Assembly (NCBI GenBank): GCA_963736645.1 | Contig: CAVTPJ010000008.1 | Location: 653,325-717,324 of the forward strand | Direction: 5' to 3' | DNA: 64,000 nt | Source: an uncultured Thermoleophilia bacterium | GTDB lineage: Bacteria > Actinomycetota > Thermoleophilia > UBA2241 | Part shown: positions 45,591 through 57,183 of the stretch, piece by piece | Position numbering within the stretch: the stretch's first letter is position 1 | Layout: each line of letters starts with the position of its first letter | The notes under the pieces: model-generated | The model's input: only the letters and a program-made list of their open reading frames with translations | Database searches by the model: none | What the model was told of the DNA's origin: nothing | Translations under genes and position numbers: made by a program

Positions 45591-46928
45591 GTGGACAAGG
45601 TAGGCATCGGGCTCCTCGGCTACGGCACGGTGGGGTCGGGCGTGGGCAAGCTGCTCAAGAAGAACGCGGACGACATCACGCTGGCGACGGGCAAGCAGGT
45701 CGTGCTGCAGAAGGTGCTCGAGAGGGACCCCGGGTTCAGCCACCCCGACCTCGACCCGGCGCTGCTCACCACGCGCTTCGAGGACATCATCGACGACCCG
45801 GACATCCAGGTCGTCGTGGAGCTCATCGGGGGGACGGGCGCGGCGCTCGACTTCCAGCTCCGCGCCCTCGGGGCCGGCAAGCACGTGGTCACGGCCAACA
45901 AGCAGCTCCTGGCGCAGCACGGCGCCGAGCTGTTCGCCGCGGCGGAGGAGGCCGGCGTGCACCTCCGTTTCGAGGCGAGCGCCGTCGGCGCCGTCCCCGT
46001 GATCAAAGTCCTGCGCGAGTCGCTGGTCGCGGCCGAGGTCAACACGGTGTTCGGCATCGTCAACGGCACGACCAACTACATGCTCAGCACGATGGCCGAG
46101 ACCGGGGCCGAGTACGACGACGTGCTCAAGGAGGCCCAGCGTCTCGGCTACGCCGAGGCCGACCCGACGGAGGACGTCGGCGGCAAGGACGCGGCCGCCA
46201 AGATGGCGATCCTCAGCTCGATCGCCTTCCACAGCCGCACCGGCCTCTCCGACGTCCCGTACGAGGGCATCACCAAGGTCTCGTCCACCGACATCGCCCA
46301 CGGTGTGCGCCTCGGCCTCACCGCCAAGCTCCTCGGCGTGGCCAAGCTCATCGACGGCCACATGAACGTGCGCGTCTACCCGGCGTTCATCCCCAGGACC
46401 CACCCGCTGGCGGGCGTCTCCGGCGCCTACAACGCGGTGTTCCTCACCAGCGACGCCTTCGACGAGATCATGCTCTTCGGCCCCGGCGCCGGCAGCGTCC
46501 CCACCGCATCTGCGGTGATCGGCGACGTCATCTCCGTGGTCAACACGGTCAAGGGCAGCTTCGTGCAGAACTGCCTGTGCTACAAGGACGTGCCGTTCTT
46601 CCCCGACGCCGACATGGTCTCGAAGTTCTACCTCAGGTTGAGGGTCAATGATCAGCCGGGCGTGCTCGCCAAGGTGAGCGCGCTCTTCGGCGACCACGGT
46701 GTCAGCATCCACTCGATGGTCCAGGAGGGCGGCGGCCACGAGGCCGAGCTCGTGCTGCTGCTGCATCCGGTGCGCGAGGCGCAGTTCTTCGCCGCGCTCG
46801 ACCAGATCAACGCACTGTCGGACGTGCACGGCGAGCCGGCGGTGATCCGCGTGGAAGGCGATGCGCCGCAGGCACGCAATCGGGGGCGGCGGAGCAGCCC
46901 CGCACAGGAGAGGAGACACCATGACTGA
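45591..46928 (+). CDS. hom: homoserine dehydrogenase (with ACT domain)
   Basis: NAD-binding GYGTVGSGV, HSDH catalytic domain, C-terminal ACT (VNDQPGVLAKVSALFGDHGVSI). Confidence 0.9.
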   Translation: MDKVGIGLLGYGTVGSGVGKLLKKNADDITLATGKQVVLQKVLERDPGFSHPDLDPALLTTRFEDIIDDPDIQVVVELIGGTGAALDFQLRALGAGKHVVTANKQLLAQHGAELFAAAEEAGVHLRFEASAVGAVPVIKVLRESLVAAEVNTVFGIVNGTTNYMLSTMAETGAEYDDVLKEAQRLGYAEADPTEDVGGKDAAAKMAILSSIAFHSRTGLSDVPYEGITKVSSTDIAHGVRLGLTAKLLGVAKLIDGHMNVRVYPAFIPRTHPLAGVSGAYNAVFLTSDAFDEIMLFGPGAGSVPTASAVIGDVISVVNTVKGSFVQNCLCYKDVPFFPDADMVSKFYLRLRVNDQPGVLAKVSALFGDHGVSIHSMVQEGGGHEAELVLLLHPVREAQFFAALDQINALSDVHGEPAVIRVEGDAPQARNRGRRSSPAQERRHHD

Positions 46929-48117
46929 CAAGAAGGGCCGGATCGGCATCCTCACCGGCGGCGGCGACATCCCCGGCCTCAACCAGGCCATCCGTGGCGT
47001 GACGTTGCGCGCCCTCAGCGAGGGCTTCGAGGTCGTCGGCATCCGCCGCGGCTGGGCGGGCCTCGTCGAGCTGAAGCGCGACGGCGGCGCCGACAACAGC
47101 GAGTGGGTGCTGCCGATCACCAAGGAGCTCGTGGAGCGCTACGCCTACGCGGGCGGCACGTTCCTGCACTCGTCGCGCACGCGCCCGAGCGCCGTGCCGG
47201 CGAAGGACGTCCCGGCGCACCTCAAGGACAAGTACACCGCCGAGAAGAACGACCTCACGGACGAGGTGATCGCCAACCTCGAGTACCTCGGTATCGACTA
47301 CCTGGTGCCGGCCGGCGGCGACGACACGCTCAGCTACGGCGTGGAGCTCGGCCGCCGCGGCTTCCCCGTGGTCGCCATCCCCAAGACGATGGACAACGAC
47401 GTCCCCGGCACCGACTACTGCATGGGTTTCGGCACCTGCGTGAACCGCACCATCGCGATGGCGCGGCAGGTGACCAGCTCGGCCACGTCGCACGAGCGCA
47501 TCGTCGTGCTCGAGGTCTTCGGCCGCTACGCCGGCTTCACGGCGCTGCTGCCGACCTTTGCCGGCGCGGCCGACCGTTGCGTGATCCCCGAGGCCGAGTT
47601 CGACATGGAGAAGCTCGCGCAGCTGCTCGTCGAGGACCGCAACGGCCGGCCCGAGGGCTACTCGGTGTGCATCGTCAGCGAGGGCGCCATGCCGGCCGGC
47701 GGCGAGATGGTCTTCATGGCCGGCGAGAAGGACATGTTCGGCCACGCCAAGCTCGGCGGGATCGGCCAGAACGTGAGCAACAAGATCAAGGAGCTCGCGC
47801 CCAGGTACAACGGCGGCAAGAAGATCGACATGATCAGCATGAACCTCAGCTACCTGGTGCGCAGCGGCGCGCCGGACGCGATCGACTGCATCGTGCCGAC
47901 CGCCTACGGCAACATGGCGGTGGACCTGATCCTCAAGGGTCAGACGGGCCGCATGGTCGCGCTGGCGGACGGCCGCTATGGATCCGTGCCGATCGACGAG
48001 GTCGTCTCGACCAAGAAGGTCGTCGACGTCGCCCGCTGCTACGACACCGAGCGGTACCGGCCCAAGTACGACGGGCTCGCCGGTCTCCCGCTCATGGTGC
48101 TCGGCGGTTCCGCGTGA
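46921..48117 (+). CDS. pfk: 6-phosphofructokinase (ATP- or PPi-dependent)
   Basis: GILTGGGDIPGLN, PAGGDDTL and PKTMDNDV PFK motifs; 399 aa. Confidence 0.85.
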   Translation: MTDKKGRIGILTGGGDIPGLNQAIRGVTLRALSEGFEVVGIRRGWAGLVELKRDGGADNSEWVLPITKELVERYAYAGGTFLHSSRTRPSAVPAKDVPAHLKDKYTAEKNDLTDEVIANLEYLGIDYLVPAGGDDTLSYGVELGRRGFPVVAIPKTMDNDVPGTDYCMGFGTCVNRTIAMARQVTSSATSHERIVVLEVFGRYAGFTALLPTFAGAADRCVIPEAEFDMEKLAQLLVEDRNGRPEGYSVCIVSEGAMPAGGEMVFMAGEKDMFGHAKLGGIGQNVSNKIKELAPRYNGGKKIDMISMNLSYLVRSGAPDAIDCIVPTAYGNMAVDLILKGQTGRMVALADGRYGSVPIDEVVSTKKVVDVARCYDTERYRPKYDGLAGLPLMVLGGSA

Positions 48118-48166
48118 GCGACGCGCCGAAGAGCGTGTGGCCGCGCCGGCCGGGCGGGAGCGCGTG

Positions 48167-49354
48167 ATGCGCAAGCGCGTCCTCCTCGTTCCCGACGGCA
48201 TGGCCGACGAGCCCCAGGCGGCGCTGGGCGGGCGGACGCCGCTCGAGGCGGCGCGTACGCCCGTCATGGACGGCCTGGCTCGCGGCGGCATCGTCGGCCT
48301 CGTGCGCACGGTGCCCGAGGGTATGACCCCCGGCAGCGACTGCGCCAACCTGGCGGTGCTCGGCTACGACCCGACGAGGGTCTTCTCCGGGCGCAGCCCG
48401 CTGGAGGCGGCCAGCATCGGCGTCGCACTCTCGCCGGGCGACGTCTCGTACCGTCTGAACTTCGTGACCGTCGTCGACGGTGTCATGAAGGACAACACGG
48501 GTGGTCACATCCGCACCGACGAGGCCCGCCGCTGCATCGAGGCCCTCGAGGCCGAGCTGGGCGGCGGGCCCTTCGAGTTCCACGTCGGCGTGAGCTACCG
48601 GCACCTCTTCGTCTGGCGCGGCGGCGAGACGGTGCCCTGCACGCCTCCCCACGACATCCTCGACCAGCCGGTCGCCGGGTACCTGCCGGGCGCGGCCGCG
48701 AGCCCCGGCGCGGCCCTCGCTCCGGATTCGCCGGCCGCCGTGCTCGGTGAGTTGCAGCGGCGCGCCGACGAAGTGCTTGAGCGCGTCCGCCCAGGGACGA
48801 CCGCGTGGTTCTGGGGCGAGGGGACGGCGCCGGCGATGCCGCGGTTCAAGGACCTCTACGGCCTCAGCGGCGCCGTCGTGGGCGCCGTCGACCTCGTGCG
48901 CGGCATCGGCGTTCTGGCCGGGTTCGACGTCCTCGACGTCCCCGGCGCGACGGGCGACCTCGACACCGACTACGGGGCGAAGGCCCGCGCGGCGGTGACG
49001 GCGCTGGCCGATCACGACGTGGTCTGGGTGCACGTCGAGGCGCCCGACGAGGCCGGCCACATGGGCGACCTGCGCGAGAAGGTCCGCGCCATCGAGCGCG
49101 TGGACGCGGAGGTGCTCGCGCCGATCCTCGCCGCTCACGAGCGGCCGGCGGTGCTGGTGGTCCCCGACCACCTCACGCCGCTGCGCACGCGCACGCACGC
49201 GGCCGGTCCGGTACCCTTCGTCGTCAGCGAGCCCCTCCCGGGCGCCGGCGGGGGCGGCGCGATGGCCTTCGGTGAGTCGCAGGCGGCCATGACCGGTCTC
49301 TTCGTCCCGGACGGCCCGGCGCTGATGCGGCTGTTCCTCGAGGCGACGGGGTAA
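48167..49354 (+). CDS. apgM: cofactor-independent phosphoglycerate mutase, archaeal type
   Basis: ApgM family (about 395 aa; metal-binding DG(M/L)AD and HVEAPDEAGH motifs). Confidence 0.8.
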   Translation: MRKRVLLVPDGMADEPQAALGGRTPLEAARTPVMDGLARGGIVGLVRTVPEGMTPGSDCANLAVLGYDPTRVFSGRSPLEAASIGVALSPGDVSYRLNFVTVVDGVMKDNTGGHIRTDEARRCIEALEAELGGGPFEFHVGVSYRHLFVWRGGETVPCTPPHDILDQPVAGYLPGAAASPGAALAPDSPAAVLGELQRRADEVLERVRPGTTAWFWGEGTAPAMPRFKDLYGLSGAVVGAVDLVRGIGVLAGFDVLDVPGATGDLDTDYGAKARAAVTALADHDVVWVHVEAPDEAGHMGDLREKVRAIERVDAEVLAPILAAHERPAVLVVPDHLTPLRTRTHAAGPVPFVVSEPLPGAGGGGAMAFGESQAAMTGLFVPDGPALMRLFLEATG

Positions 49355-49412
49355 GAACCCGCCGGCGGCGTCGTGCTCCGGCGGGCGTCGGCAAGGCACG
49401 AGCCGGGGAGGC

Positions 49413-51632
49413 GTGGCCGCGATGAGCCGGTCGCAGGAACAACCAGAACGTCCTCCCGCCGCGCGGGACCGCGCGGCGGTCGAGCCCGTGGTCACGACCA
49501 GCGCCGAGCGCTACGTGATGAGCGGAGGCCTGGCGTCACGTCTCGCCGTCAAGGAAGGCGACCTCTTCCTGTACTCCAACGAGCTCGGCCAGGTGCCGGG
49601 CACCGAGAACTCCGTCCTCGGGCTCTACTACCGCGACACGAGGTACCTGAGCCGGCATGAGGTCACCATCGCCGGCCGGCAGCCGGTGCTGCTCAGCGCC
49701 AGCGCCGACCGCGGCTACGCCGCGACGGTCGAGCTGACCAACCTCGAGGCGCGCACCGCCGACGGGCACACGCTGCCGCAGGCCAGCGTGCACCTGCGCC
49801 GCACCCGATTCGTCGCCGACCGCCTCTACGAGCTGCTGCGGGTGCGCAACCACCACGACCGGCACGTGGACCTGGTCGTCGATCTGCACCTCGACGCCGA
49901 CTTCGCCGACCTGTTCGAGGTCCGCGGCAGCCGGCGGCGGAGGCGTGGGTCCCGACTGGCGTCGAAGGTCGGCGACGGGATGCTCACCCTCTCCTATCTG
50001 GGGCTCGACGACGTGACCCGCCAGACGGTGGTCCGCTTTCACGACCGTCCGGAGTCGATCAAGCAGGGCCGGGCGCGCTTCCGCCTGCACCTCCCGCCGG
50101 GCGAGCGCGCCCTGATCCGCTACGACGTGCAGGTCGTCGGCCCCGAGGCGCCCGGCGAGATCGGTGGCGAGTTCAACGCGCGCCTCGGCGCCCTGCGCCG
50201 CGACCACGAGCGCTGGGAGTCCGATGCCACCCACGTCTTCACCGACAACGAGCAGGTGAATCGCGCGCTGCGGCGCGGCCAGCAGGACCTGCGCATGCTC
50301 TCCACCGTCATCGACGGTGAGCGCATCCCGACTGCCGGCGTGCCCTGGTTCGTCTCGCCCTTCGGCCGCGAGATGGCCTTCGTCGGCCTCGAGACGCTCC
50401 TCCTCGACCTGCGCTGGGCGCAGGCCGCGACGTCGTTCCTGGCCCGTCGCCAAGGCACGCAGGACAACGCGTTCCGCGAGGAGCAGCCCGGCAAGATCAT
50501 GCATGAGCTGCGTCGCGGCGAGCTGGCCGCCCTGCGCGTCGTCCCGCACACCCCCTACTACGGCTCCGTCGACGCCACCGCGCTGTGGCTGTTGCTGGTC
50601 GCCGAGCTGGCCATGTGGAGCGGAGATCTGGACGGCTTCGAGCTGCGCTCCGCGGCCATCGAGGCCGCGCTGCGCTGGATCGACGGCCCCGGCGACCCCG
50701 ACGGCGACGGGTTCGTCGAGTACGAGCGCCGCTCGCGGGTCGGGCTGCGCAACCAGGGCTGGCGTGACTCCGCCGACGCCGTGCGGCACGCCGACGGCTC
50801 GCCCGTCGAGGGCCCCATCGCGCTGGCCGAGACCCAGGGCTACGTGTACTACGCCAAACGCCGACTCGCCGCGATCTACGGGCAGCTCGGCGACGTGGAG
50901 CGCGCGGAACGGCTGTCGCAGGGCGCCGCGCGCCTCAAGCGCGCGTTCAACGAGCGCTTCTGGATGGAGGACGAGGCGTACTTCGCCATGGCGCTCGACG
51001 GCGAGAAGCGACAGGTCCGTCCCGTCTCCTCGACGATCGGCCACGCGCTCTGGTCGCGCATCGTCGCGGAACAGCACGTACCCGCCGTCGTGAAGCGTCT
51101 CATGGCCCCCGACATGTTCACCGGCTGGGGGGTGCGCACGGTCAGCAAGCTGTCCGGCCTCTACAACCCCGTGAGCTTCTACAACGGCAGCGTGTGGCCG
51201 TTCGACACGGCGCTGATCGCCAACGGGCTCAAGAAGCACGGCTACGTGCAGGAGGCGAACCACCTCGCATGGGGCCTCGTCGAGGCGGCGACGGCGCACG
51301 AGTACGCGCGTCTGCCCGAGATGTTCTGCGGCTTCACGCGGCAGTCGATCGACCGGCCCGTGTCCTTCCCCATGGCCTGCTCGCCCGACGCCAACTCGTC
51401 CGCCGCGCTCTTCCTCGTCCTGCAGTCCATGCTGGGCGTCTACGCGCAGGCCGAGGAGAACATCGTCTTCGTGCACAATCCGGTGCTTCCCCGCTGGCTA
51501 GGAGAGGTGACGCTCAGCAACCTGCGAGTCGGCAACACCATCATGCGCCTGCGCTTTCGTCGCCAAGGGGGGCAGACCAGCTTCTCGGTGCTGGACAAGC
51601 AGGGTCCCGGCCGTATCGTGGTGGTAGAGTGA
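49413..51632 (+). CDS. glycogen debranching enzyme (GDE N-terminal + amylo-alpha-1,6-glucosidase)
   Basis: 739 aa; GDE_N-like N-domain and (alpha/alpha)6 catalytic domain. Confidence 0.75.
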   Translation: MAAMSRSQEQPERPPAARDRAAVEPVVTTSAERYVMSGGLASRLAVKEGDLFLYSNELGQVPGTENSVLGLYYRDTRYLSRHEVTIAGRQPVLLSASADRGYAATVELTNLEARTADGHTLPQASVHLRRTRFVADRLYELLRVRNHHDRHVDLVVDLHLDADFADLFEVRGSRRRRRGSRLASKVGDGMLTLSYLGLDDVTRQTVVRFHDRPESIKQGRARFRLHLPPGERALIRYDVQVVGPEAPGEIGGEFNARLGALRRDHERWESDATHVFTDNEQVNRALRRGQQDLRMLSTVIDGERIPTAGVPWFVSPFGREMAFVGLETLLLDLRWAQAATSFLARRQGTQDNAFREEQPGKIMHELRRGELAALRVVPHTPYYGSVDATALWLLLVAELAMWSGDLDGFELRSAAIEAALRWIDGPGDPDGDGFVEYERRSRVGLRNQGWRDSADAVRHADGSPVEGPIALAETQGYVYYAKRRLAAIYGQLGDVERAERLSQGAARLKRAFNERFWMEDEAYFAMALDGEKRQVRPVSSTIGHALWSRIVAEQHVPAVVKRLMAPDMFTGWGVRTVSKLSGLYNPVSFYNGSVWPFDTALIANGLKKHGYVQEANHLAWGLVEAATAHEYARLPEMFCGFTRQSIDRPVSFPMACSPDANSSAALFLVLQSMLGVYAQAEENIVFVHNPVLPRWLGEVTLSNLRVGNTIMRLRFRRQGGQTSFSVLDKQGPGRIVVVE

Positions 51633-51664
51633 CCAGGCACTGAGCGACCGGGGGGACAGGCGCC

Positions 51665-52447
51665 ATGACCGAGCTCACCATCGCCCACATCAGCGATATC
51701 CACGCCGGCTCCCCGTACTTCGTCCCGAGCCTCATGGACCGCGTCGTCATCGAGCTCAACGAGCTCGAGCCGGACGCGGTCCTCTGCACCGGCGACCTCA
51801 CCGAGATGGGCTTCCGCCAGGACTACGCGACGGCCAAGGAGTACCTCAAGCGCATCCAGGCGCCCATCGTCGTCATCCCCGGCAACCACGACGCGCGCAA
51901 CGTCGGCTACGTGCACTTCGAGGAGCTCATCGGGCCGCGCTGGCACTCGCTGATGCTCGCCGACGTCGCCGTCGTCGCCCTCGACTCCACCGAGCCGGAC
52001 CTGGACTACGGGCAGATCGGCCGGGCCCAGTACGACTTCCTGCGCGAGCAGTACGCCCGCCCGGCCGCCTTCCGCATCTTCATGCTGCATCACCACCTGC
52101 TGCCGATCCCCGGCACGGGACGGGAACGCAGCATGGTCCTCGACGCCGGCGACCTCCTCGAGGTCCTGCAGGAGTGCGGCGTCAACCTCGTGCTGTCCGG
52201 CCACAAGCACGTCCCGTATGCCTGGCGCCTTGAGCACCTGTTCGTGATCAACGCCGGCACGTGCAGCTCGCTGCGTCTGCGGGGCAACACCAAAGCGTGC
52301 TACAACCTCATCCGCATCGAGGGCGACAGGGTCCAGGTGGCCCGCAAGTACCCCTTCCACGGGGAGGAGACGCTCATCGACTTCGTGCCGTCGACGGCGT
52401 CCTTCGACAAGTACATCTGCCCGGTTCCCCAGGAGGACGGCCGATAG
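51665..52447 (+). CDS. metallophosphoesterase (calcineurin-like)
   Basis: Motifs ISDIH, GDLTE, GNHD, LHHH, GHKH. Confidence 0.8.
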   Translation: MTELTIAHISDIHAGSPYFVPSLMDRVVIELNELEPDAVLCTGDLTEMGFRQDYATAKEYLKRIQAPIVVIPGNHDARNVGYVHFEELIGPRWHSLMLADVAVVALDSTEPDLDYGQIGRAQYDFLREQYARPAAFRIFMLHHHLLPIPGTGRERSMVLDAGDLLEVLQECGVNLVLSGHKHVPYAWRLEHLFVINAGTCSSLRLRGNTKACYNLIRIEGDRVQVARKYPFHGEETLIDFVPSTASFDKYICPVPQEDGR

Positions 52448-52470
52448 GCGCTCGCCTGCCGCGCGCCGTC

Positions 52471-53943
52471 GTGCTCATCGACGGCGAACACTACCCGCCC
52501 GTGGTCGCCGCCGCGGTCGCAGGCCTCGGCGGCGTCTGCTCGGTGGCGGGTGGCATCTTCGCGGGCGGGCGCGAGAAGCTGCGCGGCGACGGAGTCGCCG
52601 CGCCGGGCCTCGCGCCGGCCGGAGCCTGGGACGCAGGCGTACCGGCCGACGGCCTGGCCGCACTCGCGGCCGACGTGGGTCTCCCGTGGCTCCACGCCGT
52701 GGAGCCACGGGAGACGTCCGCGCACCAGACCCTCGAGGGCGTGCGCGCCGCGCTGCGCGCGGCGCGGGCCGAGGTGCTCGTCGACCTGTCGGACGAGCCC
52801 GTGGTGGGCTATCGCGAGCGCTTTCTGCTCATGAGCGCGGCGCTCGCCGAGGGCGCCGCCTACATGGCCGCCGACACCGAGGTGCGGCCGCAGGCCTTCG
52901 CGCGACTCGCGACCACTCCGTCTCTGGGCGTGATCGGCACCGGAAAGCGCGTGGGCAAGACCGCCGTGAGCGGTTGGCTCGCTCGCCGGCTCGACGCCGC
53001 CCTGCGGGCCGACGGCGGCGTCGTCGTCGTGGCGATGGGCCGCGGCGGCCCGCCCGAACCCGAGCTGATCCGCGGCGGCGCCGGGCTCGGCCCGGCCGAG
53101 CTGCTCGCCGCCTCCCGCGCCGGTCGTCACGCCGCCAGCGACTGCTACGAGGACGCGGTGCTGGCCGGTGTCACCGCCGTCGGCTGCCGGCGCTGCGGCG
53201 GCGGCCTCGCCGGCGCGCCGTTCGACGACAACGTGCTCGAGGCGGTCCCACTGGTGGAGGAGAGCGGCGCCGCGCTTGCCGTGATCGAGGGCAGCGGAGC
53301 CGTGGTCCCGCCGCTGCTGGGGGATGCCTGCATCTGCGTCGCCGGCGCCGGGCAGCCGGCCGACTACGTCACCGGCTACCTCGGGACGTACCGCCTGTTG
53401 CTCAGCGACCTGCTGGTCCTGACGCAGTGCGAGCCGCCCTTCGCGGGACCGGCCGACGTCGAGGCTCTCACCGCCGCAGTCAGGGCGGTCCGGCCGGGCA
53501 TGGAGGTCATCCCCACGGTGTTCCGGCCGCGGCCGGCCGAGCCAGTCCGCGGCCGTCGCGTGGCGTTCTTCACGACGGCGCCGCCGGAGGCGGCGCCGCG
53601 CCTGGCCGCGGCGCTCGAGGAGGACCACGGCGCCGAGGTAGTCCTGGTGTCGTGCGACCTTGCCGACCGCGGCCGTCTCGCGGCCGCAGTGGAGCGTGCC
53701 GCCACCGAGGCCGACGTCTTCCTCACCGAGATCAAGGCCGCGGCGGTCGACGTCGTCGCCGAGGGCGCCGCCGCCGCCGGCCGCGAGCTCGTCTTCTGCG
53801 ACAACGAGCCGGTCGCGCTCGCCGGCGACCTCGCCGCCGCCGTCGATCGTCTGGCGACGCTGGCCGCCGAGCGTTTCGTCTCTCGCATGGAGGCGGCCGC
53901 CGGCGACCCGCCGGCAGGGGATGGATCCGCAGCCCCGGAGTGA
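52471..53943 (+). CDS. cpgS: cyclic 2,3-diphosphoglycerate synthetase
   Basis: About 490 aa; N-terminal VLIDGEHYPPVV motif and overall CPGS-family character; start taken at the first GTG after the upstream stop (the track ORF starts inside the previous gene). Confidence 0.6.
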   Translation: MLIDGEHYPPVVAAAVAGLGGVCSVAGGIFAGGREKLRGDGVAAPGLAPAGAWDAGVPADGLAALAADVGLPWLHAVEPRETSAHQTLEGVRAALRAARAEVLVDLSDEPVVGYRERFLLMSAALAEGAAYMAADTEVRPQAFARLATTPSLGVIGTGKRVGKTAVSGWLARRLDAALRADGGVVVVAMGRGGPPEPELIRGGAGLGPAELLAASRAGRHAASDCYEDAVLAGVTAVGCRRCGGGLAGAPFDDNVLEAVPLVEESGAALAVIEGSGAVVPPLLGDACICVAGAGQPADYVTGYLGTYRLLLSDLLVLTQCEPPFAGPADVEALTAAVRAVRPGMEVIPTVFRPRPAEPVRGRRVAFFTTAPPEAAPRLAAALEEDHGAEVVLVSCDLADRGRLAAAVERAATEADVFLTEIKAAAVDVVAEGAAAAGRELVFCDNEPVALAGDLAAAVDRLATLAAERFVSRMEAAAGDPPAGDGSAAPE

Positions 53944-53945
53944 CC

Positions 53946-54866
53946 GTGGCCGACGACACCGACATCCCGCTCATCGACGAGGGCGATTCGGCTCCCTTCA
54001 GCAAGGGGCTCATGGCGCAGACGCTCATGTCCACGGGTCTCGCGCCCGAACGAGCGTACAACGTGGCGGCCGCCGTTGAGCGCCGCCTGCGGCGCCGCGG
54101 GCCGGCGGCGCTCACCCTCGCCGACCTGCGCGAGATCGCCCGCGACCAGCTCGGCCCCGAGCAGGGCGAGGTGCTCATCGCCCGGTTCCGCCAGTGGCAG
54201 AAGCTGCGCCGCCTCGAGACGCCGCTCATCATCCTGATCGGTGGCGCCACCGGCGTGGGCAAGAGCACCCTGGCCACCCAGCTCGCGCACCGGCTCGGCA
54301 TCACCCGGGTGATCGGCACCGACATGGTGCGGCAGACGATGCGCGCGTTCTTCGCTGCGGAGCTCATGCCCGCCATCCACACGTCCTCGTTCGACGCGGC
54401 CTCGGCGGTGCGCGTGCCCGTGCCGCGGGAGACCGACCTCAGCAAGATGGGCTTCATCGAGCAGACCAAGGCCGTCTCCGTCGGGATCGAGGCGCTGATC
54501 GCGCGCGGCATCGAGGAAGCGCAGCGGATGGTCGTCGAGGGCGTCCATCTGGTGCCCGGCTACCTCGACCGCTCGCACTGGGGACGAGCCATCGTGCTCG
54601 AGTTCATGCTCGCCATCGGCGACAAGGACCGGCACCGCAGCAACTTCACCGTGCGCGAGTGGGAGACGGGCGGCATCCGCCCGCTGCGGCGCTACATGGA
54701 GCACTTCGCCGACATCCGCCGCATCCAGAAGTACATGGTCGGGCGGGCGCAGGCGCTCGGCGTCCCGGTCATCGACGGGCCAAGCCTGGACGACAACCTG
54801 AGCGCCGTGCTGGGCACGATCCTGCAGCGTGTCGAGGAGGAGGGCGGCGGCAAGGAGCCTGCCTGA
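53946..54866 (+). CDS. 2-phosphoglycerate kinase
   Basis: 306 aa; P-loop GGATGVGKSTLA and 2PGK-family length, 2 nt after the CPGS stop. Confidence 0.7.
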   Translation: MADDTDIPLIDEGDSAPFSKGLMAQTLMSTGLAPERAYNVAAAVERRLRRRGPAALTLADLREIARDQLGPEQGEVLIARFRQWQKLRRLETPLIILIGGATGVGKSTLATQLAHRLGITRVIGTDMVRQTMRAFFAAELMPAIHTSSFDAASAVRVPVPRETDLSKMGFIEQTKAVSVGIEALIARGIEEAQRMVVEGVHLVPGYLDRSHWGRAIVLEFMLAIGDKDRHRSNFTVREWETGGIRPLRRYMEHFADIRRIQKYMVGRAQALGVPVIDGPSLDDNLSAVLGTILQRVEEEGGGKEPA

Positions 54867-55221
54867 CCGGCCGGCTGCGGCCGCCGCTGCGCCGTCTCCC
54901 TGCCGCTCACTTCAGTTCCGGCGCGGCCGTCCGATACACTAGGCACACCGCCGAGCCGCCCGCCTCCCTTGCGCGCGGGCGACGCTCGCTCGGGGATCCC
55001 TCCGCCGCCCCGCGGTCACGAGCGCAGGCCCGCGAGGAGGCGGACGCCACATCTCACCATCCGGCGACGAAGGCACTGGGAATCACTTGCACGGTATGAC
55101 ATACTCTGCATCGGAGCCCGCACGGACTCCGTCTTCCATCGCACCATCCACCTACTCGCACGACATCTCCCCGCTGCGGCGCACCGCCGCGCAGGGCTGA
55201 TGTCAGGAGTCATGGGAGCCC

Positions 55222-56847
<1,626 letters not shown>

Positions 56848-56857
56848 CCGCCTCGTA

Positions 56858-56896
56858 CAGCCCGTCGCGCCGCCCTGCAGGTCGCGCGACGGGCTG
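56858..56896 (+). terminator. hairpin terminator after rho
   Basis: Perfect 13-bp stem CAGCCCGTCGCGC-(13 nt)-GCGCGACGGGCTG starting 11 nt after the stop. Confidence 0.5.
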
Positions 56897-57183
56897 TCGG
56901 TCTGCCCGGACTCCGTCGACCGCTGATCGGCTCGTAGCGCCGCGGAGCGCGGGCGCCTCCGCCCGGGATCCCTCATCTGACGCACGCGGCGCCCGCCGGC
57001 GGGCGTTGCCAGCGTCGGCGACTGATAGTCGTGCCGCGGCCAGCTTCGATGTGCCTCCCACCGGGTAGGTTGCGCGTGAGCCTGGGGTGGTGTGGCGCCT
57101 CGCGTGACGTTCGTGTGTCCATCCCGACCCAGACGCAGCTGCCCTGGCCGGCGGCCGGGGTCAACGGTACGAAAGGGGATGTC

